From positions 66,216,001 through 66,280,000 of the forward strand of contig NC_043010.1 of assembly GCF_006345805.1 (NCBI RefSeq): DNA of 64,000 nucleotides. The letters run 5' to 3'. Position 1 is the stretch's first letter. Every line of letters starts with the position of its first letter. A program made the translations under genes and the position numbers. Source of the stretch: Octopus sinensis (taxonomy: Eukaryota). Shown piece after piece: positions 13,137 to 25,346 of the stretch. The notes beneath the pieces are model-generated. The model ran no database searches, was not told the DNA's origin, and was given only the letters and a program-made list of their open reading frames with translations.

Positions 13137-13572
13137 TTACGACTATTACTACTACTACTATACCACCATTACTACTACTGCTATTACCAGCATCACTACT
13201 ACTACAACTACTACCACTGCCACTACTATCACTACTACTACTACTACAACTACTACCAACTGCCACTACTACCACTACTACCACTACTACTATACCACCA
13301 TTACTACTACTACTACTACTACTATTACCAACATCACTACTACTACAACTACTACCACTGCCACTACTACTACTACTATACCACCATTACTACTACTACT
13401 ACTACTACTATTACTACCACTACTACTACAACTACTACCACTGCCACTACTACCACTACTCTACTACTATTACCACTACCACTACTACTACCACTACCAC
13501 TACTATTACCACTACTACTACTACTATTACAACTACTACTATTACAACTACTACTACTACAACTACGCACTA
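13020..13572. repeat. (ACT/ACC)n trinucleotide tract
   Basis: Direct inspection. Confidence 0.97.
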
Positions 13573-13888
13573 ACTATTCTTAGTTGTATTGATATAAAGA
13601 CCAACAAGTCTTCAAGAACCAACACTCAACAACTACAATCCAACAGATAAACCAACAAGGAGACCTCTGCACTCTCTTTACTCTTTTACTTGTTTCAGTC
13701 ATTTGACTGTGGCCATGCTGGAGCACCGCCTTTAGTCAAGCAAATCGACCCCAGGGCTTAATTCTTTGTAAGCCTAGTACTTAGTCTATCAGTGTCTTTT
13801 GCCGAACCGCTAAGTTACAGGGAAGCAAACACACCAGCATCGGTTGTCAAGAGATGTTGGGGGGACAAATACAGACACACAAAAATAT

Positions 13889-13919
<31 letters not shown>

Positions 13920-15355
13920 CGACGGGCTTCTTTCAGTTTCCGTCTACTAAATCCACTCACAAGGCTTTGGTCGGCCCGAGGCTATAGTAGAAGACACTTG
14001 CCCAAAGTGCCATGCAGTGGGACTGAACCCGGAGCCATGTGTTTAGTAAGCAAGCTACTTACCACACAGCCACTCCTCCTGTTCACTGTTCAGCTAAAAA
14101 GAGTAGCCAAACATCCTTCGAATCATACACCCCCACCCCCCCAGCATCTTAGAAAGGATGGATACATTGGATAATGTAGAGTTAAATATATAACATTGGG
14201 AGAAAAAAAATATGACAAGATGGTGACAAAACTGGCCATAAATGCTAGGTCATGGCTCACTTACAATTGAACATCTAGCCCAACTGACATGCTGTGTCCA
14301 ATATCTGTTTCCTCTACTGCTACTACAACAGTTTCTGCTCCACCAAATTGAGTACCATTGTAGCTTACTCAAAAACCCAGATCTCTCTTTGATCATAGAT
14401 CTTTTGACAAGAGTTGACTGGGGCCCAAACTACATATAATATACAAGTGCTTCTATCTGACCATTTTTTTTTGCACCCTTTTCAAGCCTAGTCAGGCTCA
14501 TGGGCCTGGTTTCCTGGTTTCTATGGCATATGCGTTCCCCCCAGCTGGACGGGACGCCAGTCCATCGCAGCGTTACTCAAGAAGCAAGAAGAAAGAGTGA
14601 GAGAAAGTTGGGGCGAAAGAGTACAACAGGGGTCACCACCACCCCCTGCCGGAGCCTCATGGAGCGTTAGGTGTTTTCACTCAATAAACACACACAACGC
14701 CCGGTCTGGGAATCGAAACCGTGACCCTCCGACCGCAAGTCCGCCGCCCTAACCACTGGGCCATTGCGCCTCCTTTTGACCATATACAAGTAAGTACAAT
14801 ACACTAGTTATTTGGCAGTGCATGTTTGTCCTAGGTATAACTTTAAACCACATCGGTAGTGGGACCTTGGTTTGGGAGTTCCAGAGATTTGAGGGGTACG
14901 GGATCACCACTTAGTCACCAGTATTCCCAATGTACATCTTCTCTGATACCTGTCAGAGTCTCAGCTGTGGGTAAATTAGCATGTCATAGACTTAGTTCTA
15001 GAAGAAGGTCACCTATAGACACACCAATGAACTCAGGGAAAAATGAGGCCCTTCAACTCCTTAGAACATAACTTCACACAAATCCTGTGCCCCAGATAAC
15101 TACCAGATTTGTGGCCCTTCTTGCACCAGGTCAATACAAACCTGAAGGATGAGAGAGTAGGACTAGCTCTTTGGCTCAGCACAAAACATTTCCTTATAAT
15201 GATATTCATTGTGCAAAATGTTCATCAAATAAAAACATCAGCACAAAACATCACACTTTTTTCATAACACTGTGCAGCTGCGCCTTGCTGACCCTTCATC
15301 AAAGCAGTGGAAATCCACTGTTTCAAAGTACAATGTACACAGCCAGTATGTCAGC

Positions 15356-16510
15356 TGCTATTTGACAGATCATGTACACAACTGACCAGATATTAGCTAC
15401 TATTTGACAGAATGCATGCAGCACTATATATGTTGCTATTTGACAGAACACATATACAACTGCGCAGTATATCAAATGCTATTTGACAGAACACATATAC
15501 AATTGAGCAGTATATCAGCTGCTATTTGACAGAACACATATACAATTGAGCAGTATATCAGATGCTATTTGACAGAACACATATACAACTGAGCAGTATA
15601 TCAAATGCTATTTGACAGAACACATATACAACTGAGCAGTACATCAGATGCTATTTGACAGAACACATATACAATTTAGTAGTATATCAGATGCTATTTG
15701 ACAGAACACATATACAATTGAGCAGTACATAGCTGCTATTTGACAGAACACATATACAATTGAGCAGTACATCAGATGCTATTTGACAGAACACATATAC
15801 AAGTGAGCAGTATATCAGATTCTATTTGACAGAACACATATACAATTGAGCAGTACATCAGATGCTATTTGACAGAACACATATACAACTGAGCAGTACA
15901 TCAGATGCTATTTGACAGAACACATATACAACTGAGCAGTACATCAGATGCTATTTGACAGAACACATATACAATTTAGTAGTATATCAGATGCTATTTG
16001 ACAGAACACATATACAATTGAGCAGTACATAGCTGCTATTTGACAGAACACATATACAACTGAGCAGTACATCAGATGCTATTTGACAGAACACATGTAC
16101 AATTGAGCAGTACATCAGATGCTATTTGACAGAACACATATACAACTGAGCAGTACATCAGATGCTATTTGACAGAACACATATACAAGTGAGCAGTATA
16201 TCAGATTCTATTTGACAGAACACATATACAATTGAGCAGTACATCAGATGCTATTTGACAGAACACATATACAAGTGAGCAGTACATCAGATGCTATTTG
16301 ATAGAACACATATACAATTGAGCAGTATATCAGATGCTATTTGACAGAACACATATACAATTGAGCAGTACATCAGCTACTATTTGACAGAACATGTATA
16401 CAATTGAGCAGTACATAGCTGCTATTTGACAGAACACATATACAACTGAGCAGTACATCAGATGCTATTTGACAGAACACATGTACATAATGAGTATATC
16501 AGCTGCTATT
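15356..16510. repeat. 43-bp minisatellite, about 27 copies (gctatttgacagaacacatatacaattgagcagtacatcagat)
   Basis: Direct tandem periodicity of 43 (occasionally 42) with no spacers; lies in the HTT intron between coding exons 2 and 3. Confidence 0.97.
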
Positions 16511-16859
16511 TAAAGCTATATCTACACGTGACCAGTATATGAAAGGCTTTCTTGTATTCTTTGCTGGCATACTTAATGCTCATCACAGTCTGTCCTGCAT
16601 TCACTTATCTGTTCCATTGTTGTGAGTGTCTAATGGCTTTCTTCTCTCAGAGACTCTCAAATGAAGTCATATTAATTATAATAATATCTGAACATTTTTT
16701 TTATGTGGATGATAATTAGGTCTGTAATAATGGTGCCAGTAATGATTAAACAAACGCCGTCAAGAATACCATTCTTATATGAAACTAAAAGGGGTGGTGG
16801 TGGTGGTGGTGGGTAGAAAGAGGTGAGTGAAAGAACAGAAGAGTGTGTGTGTGTATGTA

Positions 16860-16938
16860 TGTATGGTATGTATGTATTATATCATGTAATGTATTATACA
16901 TATATATATGTATGTATATATACATATATATATGTATG

Positions 16939-16980
<42 letters not shown>

Positions 16981-17031
16981 GTATATATATATATATATAT
17001 ATATATACATTATATATGTATGTATATATAT

Positions 17032-17080
<49 letters not shown>

Positions 17081-17092
17081 TAATTATACATC

Positions 17093-17126
<34 letters not shown>

Positions 17127-17555
17127 CATATACCATATATATATATATATATCTATATATATACTATAGATATATACATATATATATATTATATACATAT
17201 AATTATATACAATATGATAATATATATATCATATATATATACATATATATATGTATATATTATATATTATTATATATATAATATATATAATATATATATG
17301 TATATACTATATATACATATATATAGATATATATATATGTAGTATATATAACATATATATATAATAATGCAATAGATTATATATATGTTATATATATATA
17401 TAATAACATATAAAATATACATATATATATAATATATAATACATATAGATATACATATATATATGTATATATACATATATCTATACTATATATATGTATA
17501 TATATATATATACATATATACATATATAATGTATATATATATATATATGTATATA

Positions 17556-17597
<42 letters not shown>

Positions 17598-17615
17598 GTA
17601 TATACATATATATAT

Positions 17616-17648
<33 letters not shown>

Positions 17649-18489
17649 GTATTATATATATATTATATGTATTATTATAGATATATATATGTATATTTAT
17701 CTATATTATATAGTAGTATATAGTGGTATATATTATATATTATACTATGTATATATATATTATATATTATATATATACTATATATATATATAGATATGTA
17801 TATATATAGATATACATAGATATATATATTATGTATATATATATATAGACATATATATATTATATATATTGCTATATATATATATATGTATAATATATAT
17901 ATACTATATATATATACATATATATATATATATACATATATACATACATATATATGTATATACTATATATATGACATATTATATGGATATATTATAATAT
18001 ATATATAGTATATATATATATATATATGTATATACATATATATAATATATATATAGATTATATATGTATATAATATATACATATATATATATATATATGT
18101 ATATATAGATATATACAATATATATATACATATTATATATATATACATATAATATACATATATATATGTATATACATATATATATACATATATATATGTA
18201 TAATATATATATACGTATACATATATATATGTATATACATATATATATGTATATAGAATATATATAACATATATACATAGATACATATATACATAATATA
18301 TGTATATACATATATATATGAATATATATATATGATATATATATATATATTGTATCTATATATATATAATATGTATATATATATATAATATGTATATATA
18401 TATATATATGTATATATATTATATATGTATATATATATATATATGTATTAATATTATATATATATATATATGATATATATTATATATAG

Positions 18490-18558
<69 letters not shown>

Positions 18559-18640
18559 GTACTATATATATATATATATATGTATATATAATATATATAT
18601 GTATATATATATATATATGTATATATATATAATATGTATA

Positions 18641-18672
<32 letters not shown>

Positions 18673-18720
18673 GTATATATAAATATAATATATATATATT
18701 ATATATATATAATATATATA
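16860..18720. repeat. About 1.9-kb imperfect (TA)n microsatellite
   Basis: Almost pure alternating A/T. Confidence 0.98.
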
Positions 18721-19224
18721 AAGAGAGAGAGACAGACAGGCAGAGACAGAGAGAGAAGCATGAATAGAGAAAGAAGATGAAACAAAGGGGGGAATGGAAG
18801 AGGAAGGACAGTAAGAGAGAGAGGAGGAGGAGGAAGATAGGAATGTAACAGTTCTCTGTCTGTACATCATGTGACCAAAGTTTTAGACGTGCATCATGAG
18901 ATGCTGAAAAGAGAATCTTGTCCATCTCAACATCATCTTGTGATAATTTGTTTTTCAAGATAGTGTGGTACGAAGCTTGGTTCTCAACCACATGGTCCTG
19001 GGTTCAGTCCCACTGCATGGCACCTTGGGTGAGTGTCTTCCACTATATCTTCAAGTCGACCAAAACCTTGCAAGTGGATTTGGGAGATGGAAAATGAAAG
19101 AAGCCCATTGTGTGTGTATGTGTGTGCATGTGTGTGTGTGCATGTGTGTGTGTGTGCGTCAGTGTTTGTCCCAACACTATCGCTTGACAACTAGTATTGG
19201 TGTCTTTAAGTCCCAGTAAGTCTG

Positions 19225-19400
19225 TATTTTAACATAAGGAACCCTCATGTATAAGGAACCCACTAATGTTTAGGGCTTAAAATTTGGAAAAAAAGTTTTT
19301 GTAAGGGATTATAATACTATCCATGTATAAGAAACTCCCATATTTTTTAAACCTAATTTTTGACAAAAAAAGGGTTCCTTATACACGTTAAAATACGGTA
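19225..19400. mobile_element. pogo/Tigger-like MITE; an inverted-orientation copy lies at about 3036-3200 and a related one at about 58678-58876
   Basis: Ends of the (c)cgtatttt...aaaatacggta type; about 160 bp are shared between the 3036 and 19225 copies. Confidence 0.6.
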
Positions 19401-19846
19401 AGTGGTTTGGCAAAAGAGGCCAATAGAATAAGCACCAGGCTTAAAGAAAAAGAAAAAAAACAAATAAATACAGGGTCAATTCATTTGACTAAAAATTCTT
19501 CAAGGTGATGCCCCAGCATGGCCACAGTCAAATGATTGAAACAAGTAAAAGATAAGAGATAAACCAAAGTTTACCAGTTGTAAATGTGTGGAGGTATTCT
19601 GCAAGAATTACTAAGCCTGACAATGAAAAGATTGTTGATTTACAGAGAGAATGTGAAGCAGAAAATGGAACTGATAAGGAATTATGGCAACAGAAATTAA
19701 CTGAACAGACAATAGCCATTGAGGGGAATCTCCCACAAGGCCACTCAACCTGTTACATATAGCAGCAAGGAAAGAATACAGTGAACAATGCTGCCATAGG
19801 CAGAAAAAAAGAAAAAGAAAATAAACGGTGTGGTTGTATAGGAAGA

Positions 19847-20097
19847 GTGGAGGTGCGTGGCTTAGTGGTTAGGGTGTCAGCATCATCATCGTAAGATTGT
19901 GGTTTCGATTCCTGGACTGGGTGACGCATTGTGTTCTTGAGCAAAACACTTTATTTCACATTGCTCCAGTCCACTCAGTTGGCAAAAAAGAGTAACGCTG
20001 CGATGGACTGGCGTCCCGTCCAGCTGGGGAACACATACGCCATAGAAACCGGGAAACCGAGCCCATGAGCCTGGCTAGGCTTTAAAAGGGCGCATTT
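19847..20097 (+). mobile_element. tRNA-derived SINE family D with a V-SINE-like domain (gcgatggactggcgtcccgtccag)
   Basis: tRNA-like head, ttgagcaaaacac..tgctccagtccactcag segment, then the V-like motif (recognised from memory). Related copies at about 53106-53350 and 59125-59350. Confidence 0.7.
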
Positions 20098-21493
20098 AAA
20101 TTTTTGTATGGGAAGAAGCTTGTTTCTCAATCACATGGTTCCAGGTTCAGTTCCACTGAGTGGCACCTTGGGCAAGTGGCTTTTACTATAGCCTAGGATG
20201 ACCAAAGCTTTGTGAGTGGATTTGGTAGACTGAAACCGAAAGAAGCCCGTCATATACATGTATGTGTGTGTCTTTGTGTCTGTGTTTGTCCCCCACCACC
20301 ACTTGACAACCGGTGTTGGTGTGTTTGTGTCCCCATATCTTAGCAGTTCAACAAAAAGAGGTCAATAGAAGAAACACCCAGGTTAAGAAAAAATAAGTAC
20401 TGGGGTTGATTTGTTCAACCAAAAGTTCTTCAGTGGTGATGCCCCAGCATGGCCACAATATAAGAACTGAAACAAGTAAAAAGATAAACAATAGGGTTAA
20501 CTCCCTAACTATTGCTGGAACTCATTTAGCTCCTTCCCCAAGTCATGCAGACCCATAGGGCTGGTTCCCTGCTTTCTGTGGTGTATATATTCCCCCACTG
20601 GATGGGTCACTGGGCCATTGCAGAATTACTCATTTTGTCAGCTGAGTGGACTGGAGCAACATGAAATGGAGTGTTTTGCTCAAGGACTCAGCGCATTCTC
20701 CAGTCCAGGGATCGAAACCACAATCTTATGATCATGAGTGCAACACCCTAACCAGTAAGCCACATGACTCTACAGCTGGAATTCCTTTACAGCTGAGTGG
20801 ACTGGAGCAACTTGGAAATGAAATGTTTTGCACAAGAACGCAATACATTGCCTGGCTCAGGAATTGAAACCATGATCTTACACTCATGACTGCAACACCA
20901 ATAATATAATACCTATTTCTTTATTACCCACAAGGGGCTAAACATAGAAGGGACAAACAAGGACAGACATAGGTATTAAGTCGATTACATCGACCCTCAG
21001 TACGTAACTGGTACTTAATTTATCAACCCCGAAAGGATGAAAGGTAAAGTCGACCTCGACGGAATTTGAACTCACAACGTAACGGCAGACGAAATACCGC
21101 TAAGCATTTCGCCCGACGTGCTAACGTTTCTACCAGCTCTCCGCCAATAATATAATACCATGTTCCTACTCCACTATATATAGCTGATATTTATTTCAAA
21201 GACAGACCCAGCCACTGAGAGGAATAAAGGATCAAGTTTTTCAGTTCAAAATGTAGAAAGGAGAAGCTAAACACTGTGAAGTACTTTGCTCATTGCTGTA
21301 TCATTCCAGCTTCTCCTGCTGGCCTTCAATTACAACAACAGCTGCAACAAGCCAATAAGGGGGGGTCTCTCAGGGGTGGTTCAATCCTGTTAGAAACATC
21401 AGCCAAATCTCACTCAAATCATTTCTTACAGTTTCACAGAAAAGGGAAATATTAAAACCTGAGACAAAGCAACAACAAACTTAATGTACTTAC

Positions 21494-21577
21494 CGCATAT
21501 TTGGTGCGCAGATACAATCCGCCATCACATTACAATTGATCATTTTGTCTTTTTTACTTGGAAGGGGTTCCTTTTTC
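21494..21577 (-). CDS. HTT: Huntingtin coding exon 2, KKEPLPSKKDKMINCNVMADCICAPNMR
   Basis: 84 nt, bounded by polyT-CAG acceptor and GTAAGT donor, in frame with both neighbours. Resembles human [28 protein letters not shown]. Confidence 0.93.
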
Positions 21578-21851
21578 CTGAAGCAAAAAAAAAAAAAAAG
21601 AAGAATAATTTACAAACAAATGATTAAGACTGCATTTTAGGAGTGGCTGTGTGGTAAACAAATGATTATTAAGACTGCATTTTAGGAGTGGCTGTGTGGT
21701 AAGTAGCTTGATTACCAACCACATGGTTCCAGGTTCAGCCCCACTGCGTAGCATCTTGGGCAAGTGTCTTCTACTATAGCCTTGGGCTGACCAAAGCCTT
21801 GTAAGTGGATTTGGAAGACGGAAACTCAAAGAAGCCCATCGTATATATGTA

Positions 21852-21889
21852 TCTTTCTGTCGAAGAGCGTAGGCTCGAAACGTAAAAGA
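21852..21889 (+). ncRNA. Variant minimal hammerhead-like motif in a roughly 140-bp element (21850-21990) inserted in a SINE
   Basis: UCUUU-CUGUCGA-A-GAGC-GUAG-GCUC-GAA-ACGU-A-AAAGA. Correct architecture but A6 is U. A related decayed copy lies at 60166-60203. Confidence 0.4.
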
Positions 21890-21986
21890 CTTTTTCTATT
21901 TCTATTCCTGAGCGCTATACTAATACATTTGTTTGCTTGTACTCCACCTGCCTACGTCTTTAGTTTATTTTCGTAAACTTTCCCGT

Positions 21987-22021
<35 letters not shown>

Positions 22022-23071
22022 ATATGTTTGTGTGTCTGTGTTTGTCCCCCTAGCATTGCTTGACAACCGATGCTGGTGTGTTTATGTCCCCCGTCACTTA
22101 GCGGTTCAGCAATAGAGACCGATAGAATAAGTACTGGGCTTACAAAGAATAAGTCCTGGAGTCGATTTGCTTGACTAAAGGCGGTGCTCCAGCATGGCCA
22201 CAGTCAAATGACTGAAACAGGTAAAAGAGTAAAGAGTAATCTTTGAAGTGATTTAGTCATCATCATCATCATCATTTAAAATCCACCTTCCATGCTGGCA
22301 TGGGTTGGATGGTCTGACAGGAACTGGTGAGCCAGAGGATTGGGCTAAGCCCCACTGTCTGCTTTGACATGGAATTTTTACAGTCAGATGCTCTGCCTAA
22401 TGCTAACCACTTCACAGAGGGGACTGGATGCTTTTGAATATGGTACCAGCACCAGTGAGATCACCAAGTAACTTAAAAGACAAAGATCCCTCAACAGGGA
22501 TGGGGAGTGGTTTTGAGAAAGATGGCTTTGTGTCAGATGATGAGAGGTTAGAGTATGACAGATGAACAAAAACTATTATTATTGCTATTAAGGCAAGGAG
22601 CTGACAGAATCCTTAACAAATTGGACAAAATGCTGTTAAGTATTTCTTACAATCCTTTATGTTCTGAATTCAATTTCCACTAAGATTAACTTTGCCTTTC
22701 TTCCTTCCAGGGTTCATAAAATAAGTACCAGTCAGGTACTGGAGTACTTGACTGTTCTGGGGCAAAACCCCTGCTCAGGCGCCACCTTCATGTGCACAGT
22801 CAATTGCATCAACAACTGCAGGACTTGTAAACTGGCGCTCCATTTACTGACCTTGGAAGCATGAAGGCAAAATCGACTTCAAATGGATTTGAGCTCGCAA
22901 TGCAAAACAATGTGACCAAATACTCCAAGATATTTTGTCCAAAGCCCTGCCAACTCTACCATCCACTGTCCCTCTGGTGGTAGAAGAGAAACTGGGGACA
23001 GCCTAAGTTAAGAAGTGTAAATCAGAACAAAGCATAAAAATACAAGTTTAAAAGAATAATCTTTAACTTAC

Positions 23072-23157
23072 TTGGTAGGTTCTTCAGCACTGCCCCCTAC
23101 AGGCTGGAAAACCTTCAGGGCCTCAAAGGATCTTACAAGTTTTTCAATTGTTGCCAT
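23072..23157 (-). CDS. HTT: Huntingtin coding exon 1 (N17 domain), MATIEKLVRSFEALKVFQPVGGSAEEPT(K)
   Basis: Manual translation matches human HTT N17 (MATLEKLMKAFESLKSF). Start context accATGG; GTAAG donor at 23071-23067; 86 nt, phase 2. An AG acceptor at 23173-23172 puts the exon start at 23171. Confidence 0.95.
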
Positions 23158-23302
23158 GGTTCTGGATTAATCTGAATGAATAAAAAATAACAAAAAAAAT
23201 CAAATAAATATCTTTACATATATCTATAGACATATGCATGTACATGTGTGAATATGTATGTTTGTATATGTATAAATAAGTGTGTGTGTGTGTATATATT
23301 TA

Positions 23303-24883
23303 CACAGACATGACAGAAGTAAATAGACACCCCATAAAACATTGCTTTATGCTTATTTTAACTTGATTTATATTTTTTATTAATCAACACTTTTATATTT
23401 CAGGTTCTATCCATATTGTGGGTCATTCTGAAGGTGGACATAGAGTAAAATCACTGAAAACCTTGAGATCCTGCTTTCTAAGGTTAATAGAGTGATTGTG
23501 CAATTCACCAGAGAAGGGAAGGAGTCCAAATCACCTCACCCAGATCAACTAAGGCCCTCTCATAGAACCCTTCTCTTTGCTAAGAGAAGTATGGAAGACA
23601 ATCCTCATTGCAAGGCCTCTGACATAGCAAAATAAGTTGATGTCAGTCCCAGAGTAGCTATCAGGTATCTCCACAAACATGGTTACTATGGCAAAGCAGT
23701 AAGCAGATAGCCACTCCTCCGACCAGCCAACACCAAGTGGAGAAAAAATCGGGCCAGTGAGATGGGGGGGAGAGGCCACTAGCATTTTGGGATGTTGTCA
23801 TATTCTCTGATGAGTCCAGATTTGCTGTATTTCTTAACAAAGGTTGAGTATGGCTCTGGAGACTCTGTGATCAAGAATTTGATGTGAAAAGATTGCAACC
23901 AACAATGAAACAGTAGCTATTCTGTGATGGTCTGGGGAACAATTTGGAGCAATGGTTGAGCTGGTGGAGTGTGAGGGAAACATAAACTCAGATAAATATG
24001 TGTCCATATTGCAGAAAGGACTCCTTCAAATCTTCTCCAGTGGTGAAATGATTAAAAAAGACTATTTATAGGCGCAGGAGTGGCTGTGTGGTAAGTAGCT
24101 TGCTAACCAACCACATGGTTCCGAGTTCAGTCCCATAGCGTGGCATCTTGGGCAAGTGTCTTCTGCTATAGCCCCGGGCCGACCAATGCCTTGTGAGTGG
24201 ATTTGGTAGACAGAAACTGAAAGAAGCCAATCATATATATGTATATATATATATATATATATATTATGTGTGTGTGTGTGTTTGTCCCCCTAGCATTGTT
24301 TGACAACTGATGCTGGTGTGTTTACGTCCCCGTTACTTAGCGGTTTGGCAAAAGAGACCGATAGAATAAGTACTGGGCTTACAAAGAATAAGTCCCGGGG
24401 TCGATTTGCTCAGCTAAAGTCGGTGCTCCAGCATGGCCACAGTCAAATGACTGAAGCAAGTAAAAGAGTAAAGAGTATAGAAGATGGGGCTACTTGTCAC
24501 ACGGCTAAAATGACCCATGATTTGTTAGATGAGAAAGGCATTAAAAAGCATCCATGGCCAAGCCAGCTACTAGATATGAACCCTATTGAACACTTCTGCG
24601 ACATAATGGAAAGGACGCTTCATAAAAAGAACAAGAAAGCATCTTCAAAGCCAGAGCATTTGAGATCACTGCATGAAACTTGGCAAGAAATTCTACAAGA
24701 GAATATTTTTCATTTGATCAGTAACAGGCCTAATAAGGGCCCTTGCATTGGAAAATGTAAAGGACCTGTCTACTAAATATTAAATATTCACATTATAATA
24801 ATTAATAATTTGAATGTATAATTTCAGATTTAAATAAATTTTAATGATTATAAGGGTGTCTATTTACTTCTGTCATGTATGTG
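23303..24883 (+). mobile_element. Tc1-like transposon, degenerate, interrupted by a SINE at about 24071-24476
   Basis: 30-bp TIRs (cacagacatgacagaagtaaatagacaccc, 1 mismatch) with TA flanks. Fragments: SDESRF, NINSDKYVSILQKGLL, EDGATCHTAK, WPSQLLDMNPIEH (DD34E-type motifs). Confidence 0.88.
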
Positions 24884-25296
24884 TATGTATGTATGTATGT
24901 ATGTACGTATCATCATCATCATCATCATTTAGCGTGTTTTTCCATGCTAGCATGGGTTGGACGGTTCTACTGGGGTCTGTGAAGCCAGAAGGCTTCATCA
25001 GGCCCAGTCAAATCTGGCAGTGTTTCTACGGCTGGATGCCCTTCCTAATGCCAACCACTCCGAGAGTGTAGTGGGTGCTTTTTACATGCCACCCGCACAG
25101 GTGCCAGACAGAGCTGGCAAACGGCCACGAAAGATGGTGCTTTTTATGTGCCACCGGCACGAGGGCCAGGCGAGGCTGGCAACGGACACGAAATGGGGCA
25201 GTGTTGGCAACGGTCGCGAAACGGAAGGTTCTCTTACATGCCACCGGCACTGTTAACACATCTGCAATTTCCATTGATCGATTTTGATTCTGATAT

Positions 25297-25346
<50 letters not shown>

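Noticed and set aside
12946-13650. PolyY/T/L/H ORFs
   Set aside because: Translations of an (ACT/ACC)n microsatellite.
14780-15340. Possible decayed coding or retroelement sequence (also 47560-48360)
   Set aside because: Multiple stops and no motif I can recognise with confidence; would need a tBLASTx or Dfam search.
15356-16510. CRISPR-like appearance of the 43-bp array
   Set aside because: Units are directly adjacent with no unique spacers, there are no cas genes, and the context is a eukaryotic intron.
23806-23825. CTGATGAG motif
   Set aside because: It is the SDESRF codon stretch of the Tc1 transposase; no downstream stem II/GAAA.
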